A stretch of DNA of 64,000 bases from Selaginella moellendorffii (taxonomy: Eukaryota > Plantae > Lycopodiophyta). The notes beneath the pieces were generated by a model. It saw only the letters and a program-made list of their open reading frames with translations. It had not been told where the DNA came from and searched no databases. Shown in pieces: positions 49,087 through 63,068 of the stretch. Both the position numbers and the translations under genes were made by a program. The stretch spans positions 214,140 to 278,139 of the forward strand of contig NW_003314353.1 of assembly GCF_000143415.4 (NCBI RefSeq). The letters are read 5' to 3'. Numbering within the stretch: position 1 is the stretch's first letter; each line of letters starts with the position of its first letter.

Positions 49087-50187
49087 CTAGAAAGAAGGCA
49101 CGATTCCATCCGCCATAGCCGAGAGCACGAAATGCTCCACATCCGATCGCTTCACGAAGCGGCCTTTGATCCTCGGCCGGATCTCCGCGTAGGCCTTCCG
49201 GGACGCGTAGCGCACCGTCTTCTCGAATTTGCGATTCTTGCGCTTCTCCTTGTAGCGCAGCACTCGCTCCTCCCTGGCGATCCCGGGATTTTGCTGCTGG
49301 ATGCCCTGCTCGCCGCGAGAAATCTGGCACAGGAACTCGATCATGTTTCCTGGATAGGGTTTGGAGATGTCGCTCATGCTGGAGCTGGATTCCGGGACCG
49401 CCGCCACTGAGGAAGATCTCTGCGATGAATTGGCAGCACAGATCATCAGAAGAAAGCACGAGAAATCTCTTTCCGCAAGATGGAATTCTCAGCGATTCCT
49501 GTGTGGGAAATGCATCGCTGAGCAAAAGCCCTCTCTTGATTTCACGGTATCGAGCGAGATTTTTGCGAAGAACACGCGAGAACTTTCTTGCAAGAACACG
49601 AAGAACACGCGAGAGGAGGGAGAGAGAATGGCGCTTACTGTTTGGCTGAGCGAGATCGTTGTGCCAGTCCCTCCCAAGCTATAGGAGCTCCCCTCGGGCT
49701 GTTCTTGCAAGAATCCCGGAAGATTTGGCGCTGCTCCCACCTCGAGGAAGGAATCGAGCGAATCGATCACGCCGAAATTCGCGAGAGGCTGCTGCTGTTG
49801 TTGTGGATTCTGCCAGCAATCCGGCGCGGCGAGGAGGAGAGGATTGTCGTTTGGAACGACCGACGAAGCGTTGATGTGCGCGACCTTGATCATGCTCGGG
49901 CACTCGAAGAACGGCGTGACCGCGACCCTCTCGTGGCGATTGGCGAGCGGATTGGCCGAGTGGATGTCGGTGTCGCACGACGCGCACAGCGCCGCGGCAT
50001 CGGCCTTGCAGATCACCGCCGCCGGGGCGTGCTCGCACACCTCGCAGATCCAAACCCTCTCGTGCCGCGACGCGAGCTTGTTGGCGCCGTGGACCTTGAG
50101 ATCGCAGCCCAGGCAGATGTAAGCCATGTCCGCCGTGCAGTAGATCGCCGCGTTGGAGGCTCGACATCCATCGCAGAGCTTCGTCAT
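49087..50187 (-). CDS. COL: CONSTANS-like B-box zinc finger/CCT protein, one intron
   Basis: Two B-boxes (CDGC…C.AD…[15 protein letters not shown]; CEVCEHAPA…[11 protein letters not shown]), CCT domain [39 protein letters not shown], and C-terminal GIVPSF. Confidence 0.95.
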
Positions 50188-50553
50188 CGATCGAGCAAGC
50201 ACCAATCCGAAGAAATCTCTAGAAAATTTTCACTCCCGATGGAACTAGAATCGTCTAGGATCTTTTCCAATCCCTCCAGTGGCTGTCCTCTGGGCGGGAA
50301 TTGCTGGATTGCCCCCCCAGATCGCTGCTCTACTATCTCATTGCAGCGTGCGCTAGCGATTTAATGCGAGATTTCATGTGGGTAGGGAACAGGGAGTGAA
50401 AATCTGTGCGCGATCCGTCAGTACAGGCTGGATTACATTGGAAAATGGGGAAGAACAATCGATGAGAGGGGGGTGTTTGCTTAGAACCCTAAAACCATGG
50501 ACCAGCTGTGCGGATGATAATCGCAGGGAGCCCAGCGCCGTCGATCCGGGCAG

Positions 50554-50718
50554 CCAATCACATGATAGTTCTAGATCCTTTGCGTCTTCACGTGGCATTT
50601 TCACTTTTCCCGCCGGAGAAAAGAAGGGGTAAAAAATCTCCAAAAAAAAAAAATTGCGACAACGACCCCACTTGCCACTCTGGCCTTCTGCCATTGGTCC
50701 AGCGCACAGAAAAAATCT
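50554..50718. promoter_or_regulatory. Putative light/circadian cis-elements upstream of COL
   Basis: CCAAT 50554-50558; G-box CACGTGGC 50589-50596; CCA1-binding-site-like AAAAATCT at 50632-50639 and 50711-50718. Confidence 0.4.
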
Positions 50719-52090
50719 TTTCCCGGGCGCTCAGAGCTCCCGTATCTGGCGAGAAGATTTTCCGGAATAGTTTTTCCGGGAGGATGAGGGATTCCCGGGC
50801 GGAAGGTTTTGATGATCTGGACCGTTGGATGTGTTGTCAGTGTAAGGCCTCAGTGCTTTTCAATCGTGGCTCCCAACGACAAGCAGCTGTAAGAATGGAT
50901 TCAAGAATCATGGCAACAAAAAGAGAGCACTATCTTTAATCAAAGTGGGGCTCAAAAAGGTTTAAAGGTTAAAAAAGGTCTAAAATGTTGAGCACTAGGG
51001 GAAACATTGGATGGAATTTTTTGTTGTTTATGCAAGTCAAGTTCTACTATAACTTCTAGACAGGAAAAATAGACTTTTCAGGTCAATGGTTTCTCAATGT
51101 GGGGTACAGTATTTTAACTTTAAACAATAACTTTAAAGATTTTTAATATATATTTTTTCTATAATGCAATCTCAGTTATGTAATGAATATTTATTTTACA
51201 ATATAAAACAATTCATTTTGGATAAATGAAAAATCAAATATGTCAATACATGGAATATATTTATATGCATATTAGATTAGCCCAAAAACTCTAATTTATA
51301 TACAGAAGCAAATGAAACTAATCCAATAACTATCAAATCACTATACTAATAATAGTAAACCTTATATCATCTCTTCTTTTGAGAAGGATAAAATGTATTT
51401 AAGGTTTTCTAGTTGATAAGTTAAAAAATTTAAAAAAAATTAAAAGAAAGTTTTATTAAGTTTATATATAGTGTAATTTGTTTCTGATCCCTTTATATGG
51501 TTTTAACCACTAAAAAAAATTATTTATTGAATTTTATACTAAATTTCATAAACTACTTGCCATAACACTTAATACAATCTATTTCCATTGAGCAAGGAGC
51601 CTCATAAATAAATCACATGTTGTAAGATTGGGATACTTACACTATAATTATGGTTAATGAGGTATTTGTAACAATATTTTTATTTTAAATAATAACTTTA
51701 AATAGTTTAATCATAAATTCTTGCTAGACTTATATATATTTTTATATTTATCTGATTATGTAATAAATTTCATAATTTTCATTTTATAAGATCAAATAAT
51801 AATAATATTTCATTTTGAAAAAAAATAAAAATATAAAATATAAAAGAAGTAAAATTCTATTTTAATCAATATTACTTTAAATTTAGTATTTTAATGATTA
51901 AAATACAAGATTAAATACCTGTTGTGAGGTTAAGATGTATAGGTATAATACTGTATACTAATATTAATGTAGTGGAATTTTGACATTCATCATATTGATT
52001 TTAATTAAGATGACTTGCTATTATATATAAGCTAATGTTTTTAGGCTAATTAGTTATGCACATTTCTGTATTACGTTTCTATATTTTATA

Positions 52091-55046
52091 TATAAGTCAT
52101 AAATTTTTCCTTTCTAATTTGCCAGCTTACCTAATCTATCCGACCACCACTGTCTTGGCTTTAATTAAATTCCCTTGCCAGAGTTCCTACCTATTATACT
52201 AGCTTTTATTTGGTTTTACTCGATTTTAATTACTTACTACATGAGCAACAAAGTGTTAACCATCCATCCATGAATTCCTAAATTCTCTCTCAATCCCCCT
52301 TCCCAGGTTGAATTGAACTTAAGATTTGGCTATATTCCCTATATGCATAAGCAACCAAGCACACCAAGCCTTTAAGTTTTTAATATCCTATGGTATAACA
52401 AAGCTTAATCATAAAACCCTTTAAATCCTAACCTTTAAGTACATTTTTTACTTTGGAACCTTAAGGGGGAAACTTTATGGCCCATAAGTATTATGTGGCT
52501 TATTAGTCTTCACTCCTTCCTAGGGGCTTGGGTCTTCCCTTTAAGACAAAAGTAGGGGAGTAGAAATACTCATATTGGGCTATTATGAAACACCACTCCA
52601 TATGAGTTTGAAGCACTATTGCCAATTTCCCTTCCAAAAATGGGAGTTACTTTTGAGAACTTGCTTGGGTGGCATCTTTAGCATCATCTAAGTCTATGTT
52701 TACCCCCACCTAAGGCCCCTAACCCTTAGTCCTAACCTTAAGTCAGTTTGAAAGCACCATTAAAGAGTTCTCTCAAGATTAGTTCCTAAATCTCATTATC
52801 TCTATTATACTTTTGGAACCCTCTGTAGTAATTCTCTATATCATAAAATCAATTCTCCACCATCTTATAATCATTCACTCCCTTGAAGATCAATAGGAAC
52901 TTTAGTTTGTACTTGGGAACTGTTTTAGGAATTAATTCTACTTTAGTTTGTTCAACTTTGTTCAATTTTATCTCAATCCCCGCCAAAGGGTCCATGCCTT
53001 TTGCATTGCACATATTTGCAATTTTTTACTTTTTCTTCTGCTTTTCATCACACTTTAATTTGCATATGAGGGTCTTTAGTAGGGCATTAATCTGTGCTAA
53101 TTGTCCTTTAAGAGTATCCAATCAAGCCTTGGATGATTGAATCTTACCACCAAACTATTGTTTGGAAGTTTTTTGATTAAAGTCCTCCTTATGCAAAAAT
53201 TCCTCATCCATAACTTTTTATTCGATCAAAGGCCCCATCTTTGAAAAAGGTTTTGTCTTTGCCTTGGTCCACTTACACACTCTATCTTCCACCATCTCTT
53301 AGCAATCCGCCTTTATCCTTCACTAGAATTGAGGAAAAGGCTTTGATATCAAATTTTAATTTATAAATTTTTCCTTTTTAATTTGCCAGCATACCTTGTT
53401 TATCCAACCACTATTGCCTTAGCCTTAATTTAAGTTCCTTTGCCAAGGTTCCCACCTATAGTATTAACTCCTACTTGGTTCTACTTGGTTTCAACTATTT
53501 ATTACACTAATAATAATGTATTAGCCATTTATCCATGGATTCCTAAACTTTCTCCTAATCACCTTCTCTAGGATAGACTAAATTTAAGGTTTAGTTACAC
53601 TCCCTATAAGCATAAATAGCCAAATACACCAAGCCTCCAAGTACTTAATATCCTATGATACAACAAGATTTAATCAAAAACCCTTTAAATCTCAAGCTTT
53701 GGGTACATCTCTTGCTTTGGGATCCCAAAGGGAAACACTATGGCCTAATAGCCCAATATGGGTGTCCTTACTCCCCCACTTCCATCTTAAAAGGAAAACT
53801 CAGGCCCATAGAAAGGAGCGAGGACCAATGAGCCACATGGTATTAAAATGGGGCATCACTCCACCTAAGTTGGGAGCACTATAGTCTATTTCCCTTTTGA
53901 GAATGGGATTGCTCTTAAGTATTTCCTTGGGTGGCCTTTTTAGCACCATTTGAGTTCATGTTCACTCCCACCTAAAGCCTCTAACCCTCAATCCCAACCT
54001 TAAGCCAGTTTGAAAGAATCACTAGAGAGTCCCTTCAAAACTGGTTTCCCCCCCTATAACACATATAATCATGGGATGAGATTTGGATAAACTATCATAT
54101 TGAATCCTTGGAACTTTAAAGGATAAATAGGGGTAAAATAGCCACTAAAGGCTCTTTTATCAAGTAATTGCCCTTTCTCCAGTTGGCTTAAAAGGAGAAA
54201 AATAAAGTGTGTTACATATGGTATCAAAACAAATGGCACAGGTTCAATTCCTTTTTATTAGTGGCTACTTAAAAAATATAATATACCTTTGAATAAGGCA
54301 TATTCATACCCCTAAATTTGAAATCATACGTATTGCATATGTCCTTCCTCTTATGGGGTATTCACGAATGAAAGTATCTACCATAAGATTGTAGTACGGG
54401 TAGATGATTAATTGCTTTATATGGAATAGCTAGTCTATACAATGGAAGGATTGATGTGGAAATGAAGGTATTGGTTCCCCTCGGCTCAATAAGGGTTGTT
54501 AATTAATAGTCAATGAGAACATTAATGTCTTTAGGGGGGGGGGGGGATGGTGAATATAATGTATGTGATCATGAAATGAGATTAAATATATTGTCACTAT
54601 GGATCCTTAACTTTAAAGGAGAGAAATATGGTGTGCTAAACCCTCTACCCCCCCCCCCCCCCCTTTTCTCCTGGTTTCACTACACGACTTGTATTAGTAT
54701 TTGGACTTGGTCTCATACTTGATTTCAGATTCGACACCATAGATCTTTGGAACTTTGGGGGATAAATTAAGATAAAATAGCCACTATAGGCAGTAATTGC
54801 CCTTTTTCCGGTTGGTATAAGGGGAAAGAGATAGGGTGTGCTACCCTTCGCACCCTGGGTTTCACCTCATGATTTGTATTAATACTCAGATTTAGTTTCG
54901 GACTCAGTCTTGGATCTGGTCTCAGATCTTAGACTCGTCTTGAACTTAGTTTTGGATTTGATCTTATCCAATGAACTCTTTATCGTTTTAGTTATGATTT
55001 TAGAGATCCTTTAGCCTATGACACCTCAGGAAGTTTGTTACTTACA
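52091..55046 (-). mobile_element. Old AT-shifted, internally deleted family-A element (LTR part, gag 5' remnant, PBS remnant, LTR)
   Basis: 52091-52825 and 53355-55046 align with LTR-A; 52850-53350 aligns with 32135-32640. Confidence 0.8.
54055..54640 (+). mobile_element. TRIM-like mini LTR element nested in the old LTR-A
   Basis: ~160-bp LTR-like unit ending GTGTTACA, PBS-like TGGTATCAAA at ~54218, G-rich PPT at ~54534-54554, second LTR-like copy at ~54556-54640; a further fragment at ~54740-54845. Confidence 0.55.
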
Positions 55047-56399
55047 TTGTGCACTTATATTGGTGGAAGTGAAGAGTAACTCTAATTATCCCTAAAGAAT
55101 ACTTGGATTTATGCTTTTTGTTTATTTTGCATTATTTAAATCTCTCTTATTTCTATTTCTTTACTTTTACTTTTTAAGTTTTTTTTTCAATCGTCTTCAT
55201 AGCAAAACAACATACTAGTGATTCTAGAGCAGCAATTGGTGTAGTTGCTCAATGCTATACAACTGTAGCTAACCAATTAAACTCAATTGATGGTTGTAAC
55301 TCTTCTAATTAATCCTTATGTCTGGCTAAATTTTTTTATATAGGAATCTTAGAGATGATGTCTACTTGATGGTAATTGCCACTTATCATTCTTGGGATGA
55401 GGTTTAGTATTTGTGCTAGTTCCCCACATATTAATGAATAGCATTGTAGAGGTATAATAGTTTGAGTGCAGCTACTTGTGTGGATTCTTTAGGATATCTT
55501 CAAGCATATATTTGGACATATTGATAATTGTGACAATGCCTTTTAGCACTTGCATCATCTTTGTCAAGGGTTATTTAAGTTAATTATACAATTTGATGTT
55601 CACTTCTAGAGTCTCTTGCTTTATACAAAGTTAAATATGTCAAATCTTGTGTCATTTATGCATGCACTTGCCCCAAATACCTTTGATTTTTCAACTGGCA
55701 CAATATTACTTATGCATGCACTTGCCCCAATTACCTTAACTCTTCAATTGGCATAATGCTATAAGATATCATTTTTCTTCAACTAGCACAATGCTATGAA
55801 ACATTATTTCTCCCACTTTTAACTTTCTATTAGCGTTGCTGCAATGGTATAAGACATATATCTCCCACTTATAGCTTTCTGTTAGTGCTTTCACTTATAG
55901 CTTTTTGTTAGTGTTGTTGTAATGAAAGGTCTTGACATTGAGATGCTTCCTAGAAATGGAGGGACCTTGCACAAATACTTCCATTTCTTAAGTGAAAACT
56001 ATATACATCTTTGCTATAGATTAGTTTATTAGTCTTATAGCCAATTAACAAAATTGGATTTAACATGTGGTGTGATTTCTGTAGCCAATCAATAAACCTG
56101 AGACCCCTCTGATACCAAATGTAAACTTAAAAGTTTAAACTTCTTAGGAGGTTATCCAACCTAGTACTATTCAAATCCAAAGATGCTTAACCTTAAGTAT
56201 CCCAAGACCCTTAATCAATTAAAGAAAAGGGGTGGACTTTTATTCACAAACTCTTTCCTTTTATATTTGAACTTTTATGAATTGTTTTTTAAATTGTTTT
56301 CTTTGGTTACTTACATACATCTCTTCTATTCCTTTTCTTTATTAAATAATGTGATGATTCTAAATGTATATCTTATACTATCGATCTTCTAAAGCATTT

Positions 56400-58330
56400 G
56401 AAGCAAAGTCATTAGTTCACCAAATTTAATCTTGCTTCTAAATACTGATAAGTTCTGATGGCTAAAAAGAATGTTCCCAATATTACTTTTCATACACTAT
56501 TTAGTTTGTACAAGTTCTTTGTGATGTCATTTAGGTTGAATAATGCTTTAATAACTTTTCAATAGATGATAGATAAGATTCTTTGTGATATACTTTGATA
56601 CATTCTAAGGGGATGTAAAAAGAGCATATCCATGATATTCACAAAGTGTTGGATTGGATGTAGGAAATTAATTTAAAGTTGAAGTGGTTAAAGTGTGTAT
56701 TTCGATCCAAAAATATAACTTAACTTAAGTATTACATTTTTTGTGAAGGTTTATAAGTTGATCTTAACAAACTTGTAACTATTCTAAAGTTTTTACTTCA
56801 AAGTGTGTGAATGATGTGCAATGCATCCTCTATAAAGTGTAATATCTTGATCAATTTATTGATCATCTTCTAATTACACTACACAAATGCAAGTATTGGT
56901 GAAGTTATTTATATCATCTTTTAGCAAGTTTGAGAACTATGAGTAAGTATTTACAAATCTTTAAAAGGTGTTAATGACTCCTCTAGTTTTAATGCATCTT
57001 GACTATATTTGACCTTTTATTTTATTTATGGATGTTTATGATATTAGTTTTGGGTGTATTAATATGAAAGAGCACAAGTGTACTTAATTAACATCATCCC
57101 ATTGCATATATTAACTATACATTATAACCAATATAATTGAACTACTCCATAATAAGAAAGGAACGTTTAGCAATAGTTTCAAAAAGCTTCATACATATTT
57201 ATATGGTTCTTGAATGTTGTTAGAGGGTGATCATACTATGGTCACCTCATTATTGAACAAAAAGAACTTGGTTAATTATACAACTTAGTGGCTTTTAAAA
57301 CTTTAAATATATAATTTTAAAGTTATGAATCACTCAAGGAGTTTTATAGTTGATGGTTACACCCTTTCTTGAGTTCCTCTCCCTTCTTTGCTCTGTTTTC
57401 ATGTTTCTGATGAGTTTGTATTTTAGCATCAATGGATTTTCTTTTAAAAAATTATATACAATTGGACTAGCTACAAATAGTTATTAGGATCATTCTCAAC
57501 AAAGTAAATATCATCCTCAAGGCAATATTAAAAATGTAAATACCATCACATAGCTTTTGGATCTTGTATTTTCCCACATAAATGAGTAAGAGGCAAATTG
57601 TGGTTGCTCTTTCTTCTATGGAGGCTAAGTATATTAGATTTATAATTTAACTTTTTGAGCCTCATAAACTTTATTAAGAAAATGTAAATCAAACTCTGCA
57701 TCTTATAAATGCTAAATATCAAGTAAAGTAATTGTGTTTTCTACATGTTTACCATGACTCTCCTATTTTATGCAAGTATATAGGATATCATAGTGTGCCA
57801 TAAGTTTTTTTATTGGTTGGAGATGCAATATAGTATTATCCAGTATGTGTGTAGCTAAATTTGGTGCCAAGCTTATTACCCCCTCTCCCCCTTATACTAT
57901 AAAAGGACGATTGAAGTTAATTATAATTTTCCATTCATTTGAGCTTGTGATATTTAATTTGATATTGTTAACAAGGTTGAGTTTACCTTCATAATTGCTA
58001 TAAGTTGCTATTAGATTATTATTTGATAAGCATCCTTCCACTAATTCAAGCAAAGTCTACTAAATGTTTGTATCATATATAAGTGGGACAATAGCAATAT
58101 TATAACTCTCATTATCATTCATTTATGAAGTACAAAGTGGATGATTTAGTGTTGGTTCATTTTCCCAATCTTACGATATATAATTGCTCTTTACTTAATG
58201 GAAGGGATTATATCAAGTGTTTTGGCAAATTGAGCTGCAAATTTATAAGGTTTGGTACAATGTTTAATAAACTGATTCTCCAGAAATTTCATGTGTACAA
58301 CAATTTAAATGCTTCATGGAAAAGAATTTA
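56400..58330 (+). pseudogene. Highly degenerate Gypsy RT/RNase H/integrase relic
   Basis: Remnants of M.FGL.NA…FQ, KLKWLKC.F and KERLAIV; riddled with stop codons. Confidence 0.55.
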
Positions 58331-59675
58331 GAACAAATTGCACTACTTATAAAGCCACCATTGCCTCTTTTAATGTTCCTCTAAATCCTAGCCCATCAAT
58401 CTAAAGACTCTAATTGCCTTCCATCTTTCTAAGATGATATAACATTTAGGTATATGGTTATGATGTTGTATACTAGCGTAATGGTAGTTTAATAGCCATT
58501 AAATTGATTTCAATTAAGACCACTTACTCTTGTACATAAACTAGGGTTTTTGAGCATTGATTATATATATTTCTATATTCCATTTCCATGCACTAGCACC
58601 ACTATAATATTAGAAAATTATTTAAAATTAGAAATTATAAATAAGAAAAGAGAAATGACCATATACTATTATTAGCATAGTTGGATTTTGATACCTGTCA
58701 GATTAGTTTTTATGTGAACCATTTTCCTATATATAAATTAGGGTAGAAAAAGCTAATTTCATTATCACTTATTCATAATCCATTTAAAGATGATTTGTGT
58801 TGGTAATAATCAATCATAAATACTAATGAGGGTCCAGTTCAAAACCACTAGTTAGCCTGATAATTAAAAATTAAATAGAAAGTATGAACAACCTAAGTTA
58901 CAATATAAGTGTGGCAGGTTTCGATTAGACACAAGCTGAAATGTAAGCCTTCTCTAGCCTCTAGAATTCCTCCTTGACCTTCCCTTGCTCACTATACTTC
59001 ATACTAATAGAGATAGCCAAGAACTTTTGGAGGGCTTGATTTGATTTACTTAAATCGTGAGATCTGGTACTAATTTGCACTAGGGCTAAAGTGATCTAGG
59101 GAAGTGGTTAGGCATCAAGTATATATGCTTTGCATGCTTTGAATAGGATCTTTTCATAGAAATTTGCCTCTTTGAACTTTTCTTTTTATGGACTTTTGTT
59201 CTTTTTTTATGTGCATGTGTATGACTCTTAGGTTGCTGTAAACTCCAATAACTTCAATGTTCAACCTGTAAAGAAACTTTAATGAAATCTAAACTCTTCA
59301 TCTCCATTTCTAACTGCTTTTCTAGGCAAATTTGTTATTGCATAAATGGATTTTATATTAAACATAGAATTTATTTGTACAAAATAAATATCAAAAGAAT
59401 TAATTTCCATAATCATTTACATAAAAAGAACACCAAAGGTTGTTACATAGTATATCAAATTATTCTAGAATGTTTCTAATAGTTCAAATAGTTATTACAG
59501 AGTGATGTTGATTAATAAATGCATATTGTTGATCAAATACATATTCTTATTTTTATTTTGTAAAATAAAATAAAGTCCCACCTGAACGTTACATTATATT
59601 ATTAACCATCATCTCAATTAAAGCCATGAATATATTTAAATAAAAAGAATATTGTAATTCAGACTTAATAAGTGT

Positions 59676-61469
59676 TCAATTTTGTTCATTTGAGGTGAAT
59701 GCTTGTGGCAAGGTAGGGGAATATAGCATCAAGCACAGATCTGGGCCGGAGCGCGGCGTAGCATAAGCCGACGCAGCGACGGATCCAGCAAGCGCAGCCA
59801 CTGCTCCATGCTGCGACAGCCACGCCATGAAACATCGACTTGATGATGCCCGTACCACAGGCATTGTGCATCACCCCATTCGGTTACTCATCAGCGCTCC
59901 TGGCGCCAGATTTTTGTTCGCGACCAGCACCCCAGCTCCTGCAGCAACATCTCCAGTGCACTTCCTTGGGGACGAATTTGGGTTTGCTGCTTTGCGGCTG
60001 CGTAGCGCAGCGGCCATGATGCCAACATCACGCCAGCTTGAATTTGGTGAGGCTTGTGTGCTGGGAAAACGTGAGCTCGGCAGTCAGCTCAGCTTTTTCC
60101 TGAGAGTGACAAAGGAGGGTTCTTGCGGCATGGCTTCGTCACGGTGCGCGCCCCTGCCCCTTCTGAGCGGATGCTCATCGCTGTCACGAAGCAAGGTAAG
60201 CCTCTGGGCCTTTCATCTGTCTGCCATCTTCTGTTCCTCCAGCTCCCGTTGGATCTGCTCGCGGCTCCTGCTACGACTCACTTCCACATCCTGCACGGCC
60301 CGCGCTCCATCGGAGGTCGAGGAAGGGAGCCGATCCTGCCGTTTTGCGCTCGTCCACGAGTGGAAGCAATGGGCAAGGTTCCGGACCCTCCACGAGTGGA
60401 AGTAATGTCCGAGGCCGACAAGGTTCCGGACCCTCCACGAGTGGAAGCAATGCCCGAGGCCGACAAGGTTCCGGACGCTCCACACCGCAAGCTTCCGGAC
60501 CCGCGACTGCTAAAGGAGGTCCCTGGCATCCTGGAGACTTAGAATCAGGGGTGTTGTCGCCGGATCCTATGCCGCCATGGCACACTCTGTCTGGAGGACG
60601 AGCAAAGACATGGATATCAACATCTCTCTCCAGATGAGCGAGACTGAGCGGCTCCAAAAGATGGTGGATGAAGGGCAAGATACGCACTGGGTCCTTGTGG
60701 CACTGCTATGTATCCTGTCTTCCCTTTTTTTATTTTCTCTGTCTTGTCTTTGTTGGATACGTGGTGGCCATTGCTCAACCCTAAACCAGGAGTTCCACCA
60801 GAGCAAGTTGTGGTGCTCCCTGTAATCCCCCCCGAGTCAATCTGCCTTTTTAAAACCATCAGCCTCGATTTCAACAGGCATCGCGGTCTAACCGACATCT
60901 TCAATAGTGCGCCTCTCCGTCCGAGCGCCAGCGGATCAACGACTACGTGCTGGAGTCCCTGGGAAAAATCATCCCCAACAAAGCTGTCTGTGAGCTTCAG
61001 AGGGATCTCTGGCGCGATGGAGGCTGTTGAGCCATAGGTACGGGTTTCTTTGCTTTTGTGCATTTTCCATCGAGCTCAACCACTGCTCTCAGGTAGCTTG
61101 AGGAGCACAGCGTCCTCTCTTCTCGTTTTGAAGCATGCAGAGACGTCCATCCGCACCTTTTCGTTTTGTTCCATCTTGTAGAAATGCTCCTGCGGAAATG
61201 CGCAAGTTCATTTTGCAATGTGTCCTCGTGGAACTGGAAGCGGGAGACCCATTGTGCCACTCGCGGTGGCTAAGACGCGAGGCTTCATGGACAGTTTGGC
61301 TACGACTGGAACGTCCTCCCCTCCGAGCCAGTTCGTCACCTTTGAATCTGTCAAGAGGTGCGCGGAGCCAGAGATCCCAACGTTGTTCCACTACTGCCGC
61401 TCCAAGATCCAAAACAGAGCTCAACCAAATAGGTGATGTTTTTTGAGAAGCAATTTGTTTGAGATCCAC
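59676..61469 (-). CDS. Possible unknown multi-exon gene
   Basis: GC-rich island with overlapping ORFs, a coiled-coil-like segment (SREQIQRELEEQKMADR) and plausible introns; no recognisable domain. Confidence 0.3.
60352..60478 (+). repeat. 39-45-bp tandem repeat (~3 copies)
   Basis: CCACGAGTGGAAGYAATG…CAAGGTTCCGGAC units. Confidence 0.8.
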
Positions 61470-61630
61470 TTCTATGAATGAGTTTATGGATGTTTCATGA
61501 ATGACCGAACGTCATTACGAAATTAATTTCACAGTTGTCATTTTTATTTTAAAGGTGAAAGAGAAAACCTTCAGCATCCACTAATGGGGCATTGGTACCA
61601 GAGTGGTATACATCAACAAAAAGGTGTTGT

Positions 61631-63068
61631 CTACCTAGTGCGAGCGTCCCACGCCTTGACAAGCTCCACCAGCGCACTCTGTTCGTCTCGGTTAGATGGT
61701 AGCACTCTAGGAAGCGCTGGCGTGGACTCACACGCGAACATCGCGTTGTAGAGAGCAAGTTCCTGCCAGAAACCACGTCAAGTCAGTCGGTAAAGGGAGA
61801 GGGAGAGGGGAGAGCCACCTTTGATCCAGCAGTAATCTTCACTTGCACGTGAATCCTTTGTTCACCCCTGCACTCCTCCTCCGGCTCCGTCCGCATGACG
61901 AACGCTTCCAGCTGCACAGAAGTCCCGAGCTTGGCCTGGACGCACAGAGGATTAGCACCAGGAAGGATCAACGTCAAGCTCACTCACCCCCTCCAAGAAC
62001 TTGACGTGATATACGTGCTTGAGCCGTGGTCTACTGCGGCCGTGGCCAAAGTGCGCGGCAAAGCCATATGCAGTACACATGGCCAGCCCACAAGCTGCAG
62101 CCAAGAGCTCCCCCCCAAACACTGATCCCTGCGAGTTGAGCTGCTGAGGCTCCACCACAAAACACGTTTGGTGTCGAGTCCTCTGGATCAAGACAGCACT
62201 AGCATCATCCTTGCTTCCCGCCGCCAGCAGTTGCCGCCCCTCGTCGAGCATGCATCCCACAAGTTGCTGCCAGGCTCCAGGCGCGGCGTGATGATCGTGG
62301 TGATCATCCACATCCACGCGTCTGGCTTCAAGAGCATTCACCCGCGCTGGCTTGCCAGTTATCCTGTCGCGGGCCACGAAGACGAGGCCAGCCTCCAGGG
62401 CAGTAGCTTGGTGCTGCACAGCTTGGATATGTACGTGGAGGGAGCTGCGGCCGGCTCGTTGCACTGTGCCAATGAGCTCCACGTCCACATCGAACAGCAG
62501 CGGCTTGTGGATGACCAGGCCGTCCAAGAGTACCGTCAAGAACACAAGCGGCCTCGAGGCACCTTCGTCTCCGAGGCAATGCTGCAGCACAGCCAAGTTA
62601 GCATCCTTGGAAGAGAGATAGATATGGTGATCTCACCTTGCGGCAGACGTGCCCTCCCAGGCAATCCATATCTTTGAGCAGCCTCGCCATGCTAATCTCC
62701 TGCATGTGGTCCTGGTATTGGAGCTGGAGGAGCCTGTCCGTCGCCAAGGGGAAGTGGACGCTCACACGCCCGTCTTGCACTGATCGCTGCGGCAACGAGA
62801 GCTGGGAGGCGGCCAGCGAGTCGAGGCGAGTGAAACAACGGTCGCCTCCTTCCCCGCCACCCTCAGCAGGCCAGTTGATGAGTCCCAGCGAGTCGCGAGC
62901 TGCGGGCCTGGAAGCCAGCCACTTCCACTGCTCCACGGTCACAGGGGATACGTACAGACTGCCTGGGAACAGCGCCATCGGCATCTTCTGCTGGTAATGC
63001 TGCTGGCGCTGCCGTGGCGGCGGCGGCGGCGGCGCCGGATGACTTACTTCCTGTATGCTCCCCTCCAT
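61631..63068 (-). CDS. Acyl-CoA thioesterase (double hot-dog, ACOT9-like), multi-exon
   Basis: RLLKDMDCLGG, GRSSLHV, FVARD…K.A.VN.L, PQQLNSQGSVFGGELL, terminal LPRVLPSNRDE; stop codon at 61631-61633. Confidence 0.8.
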
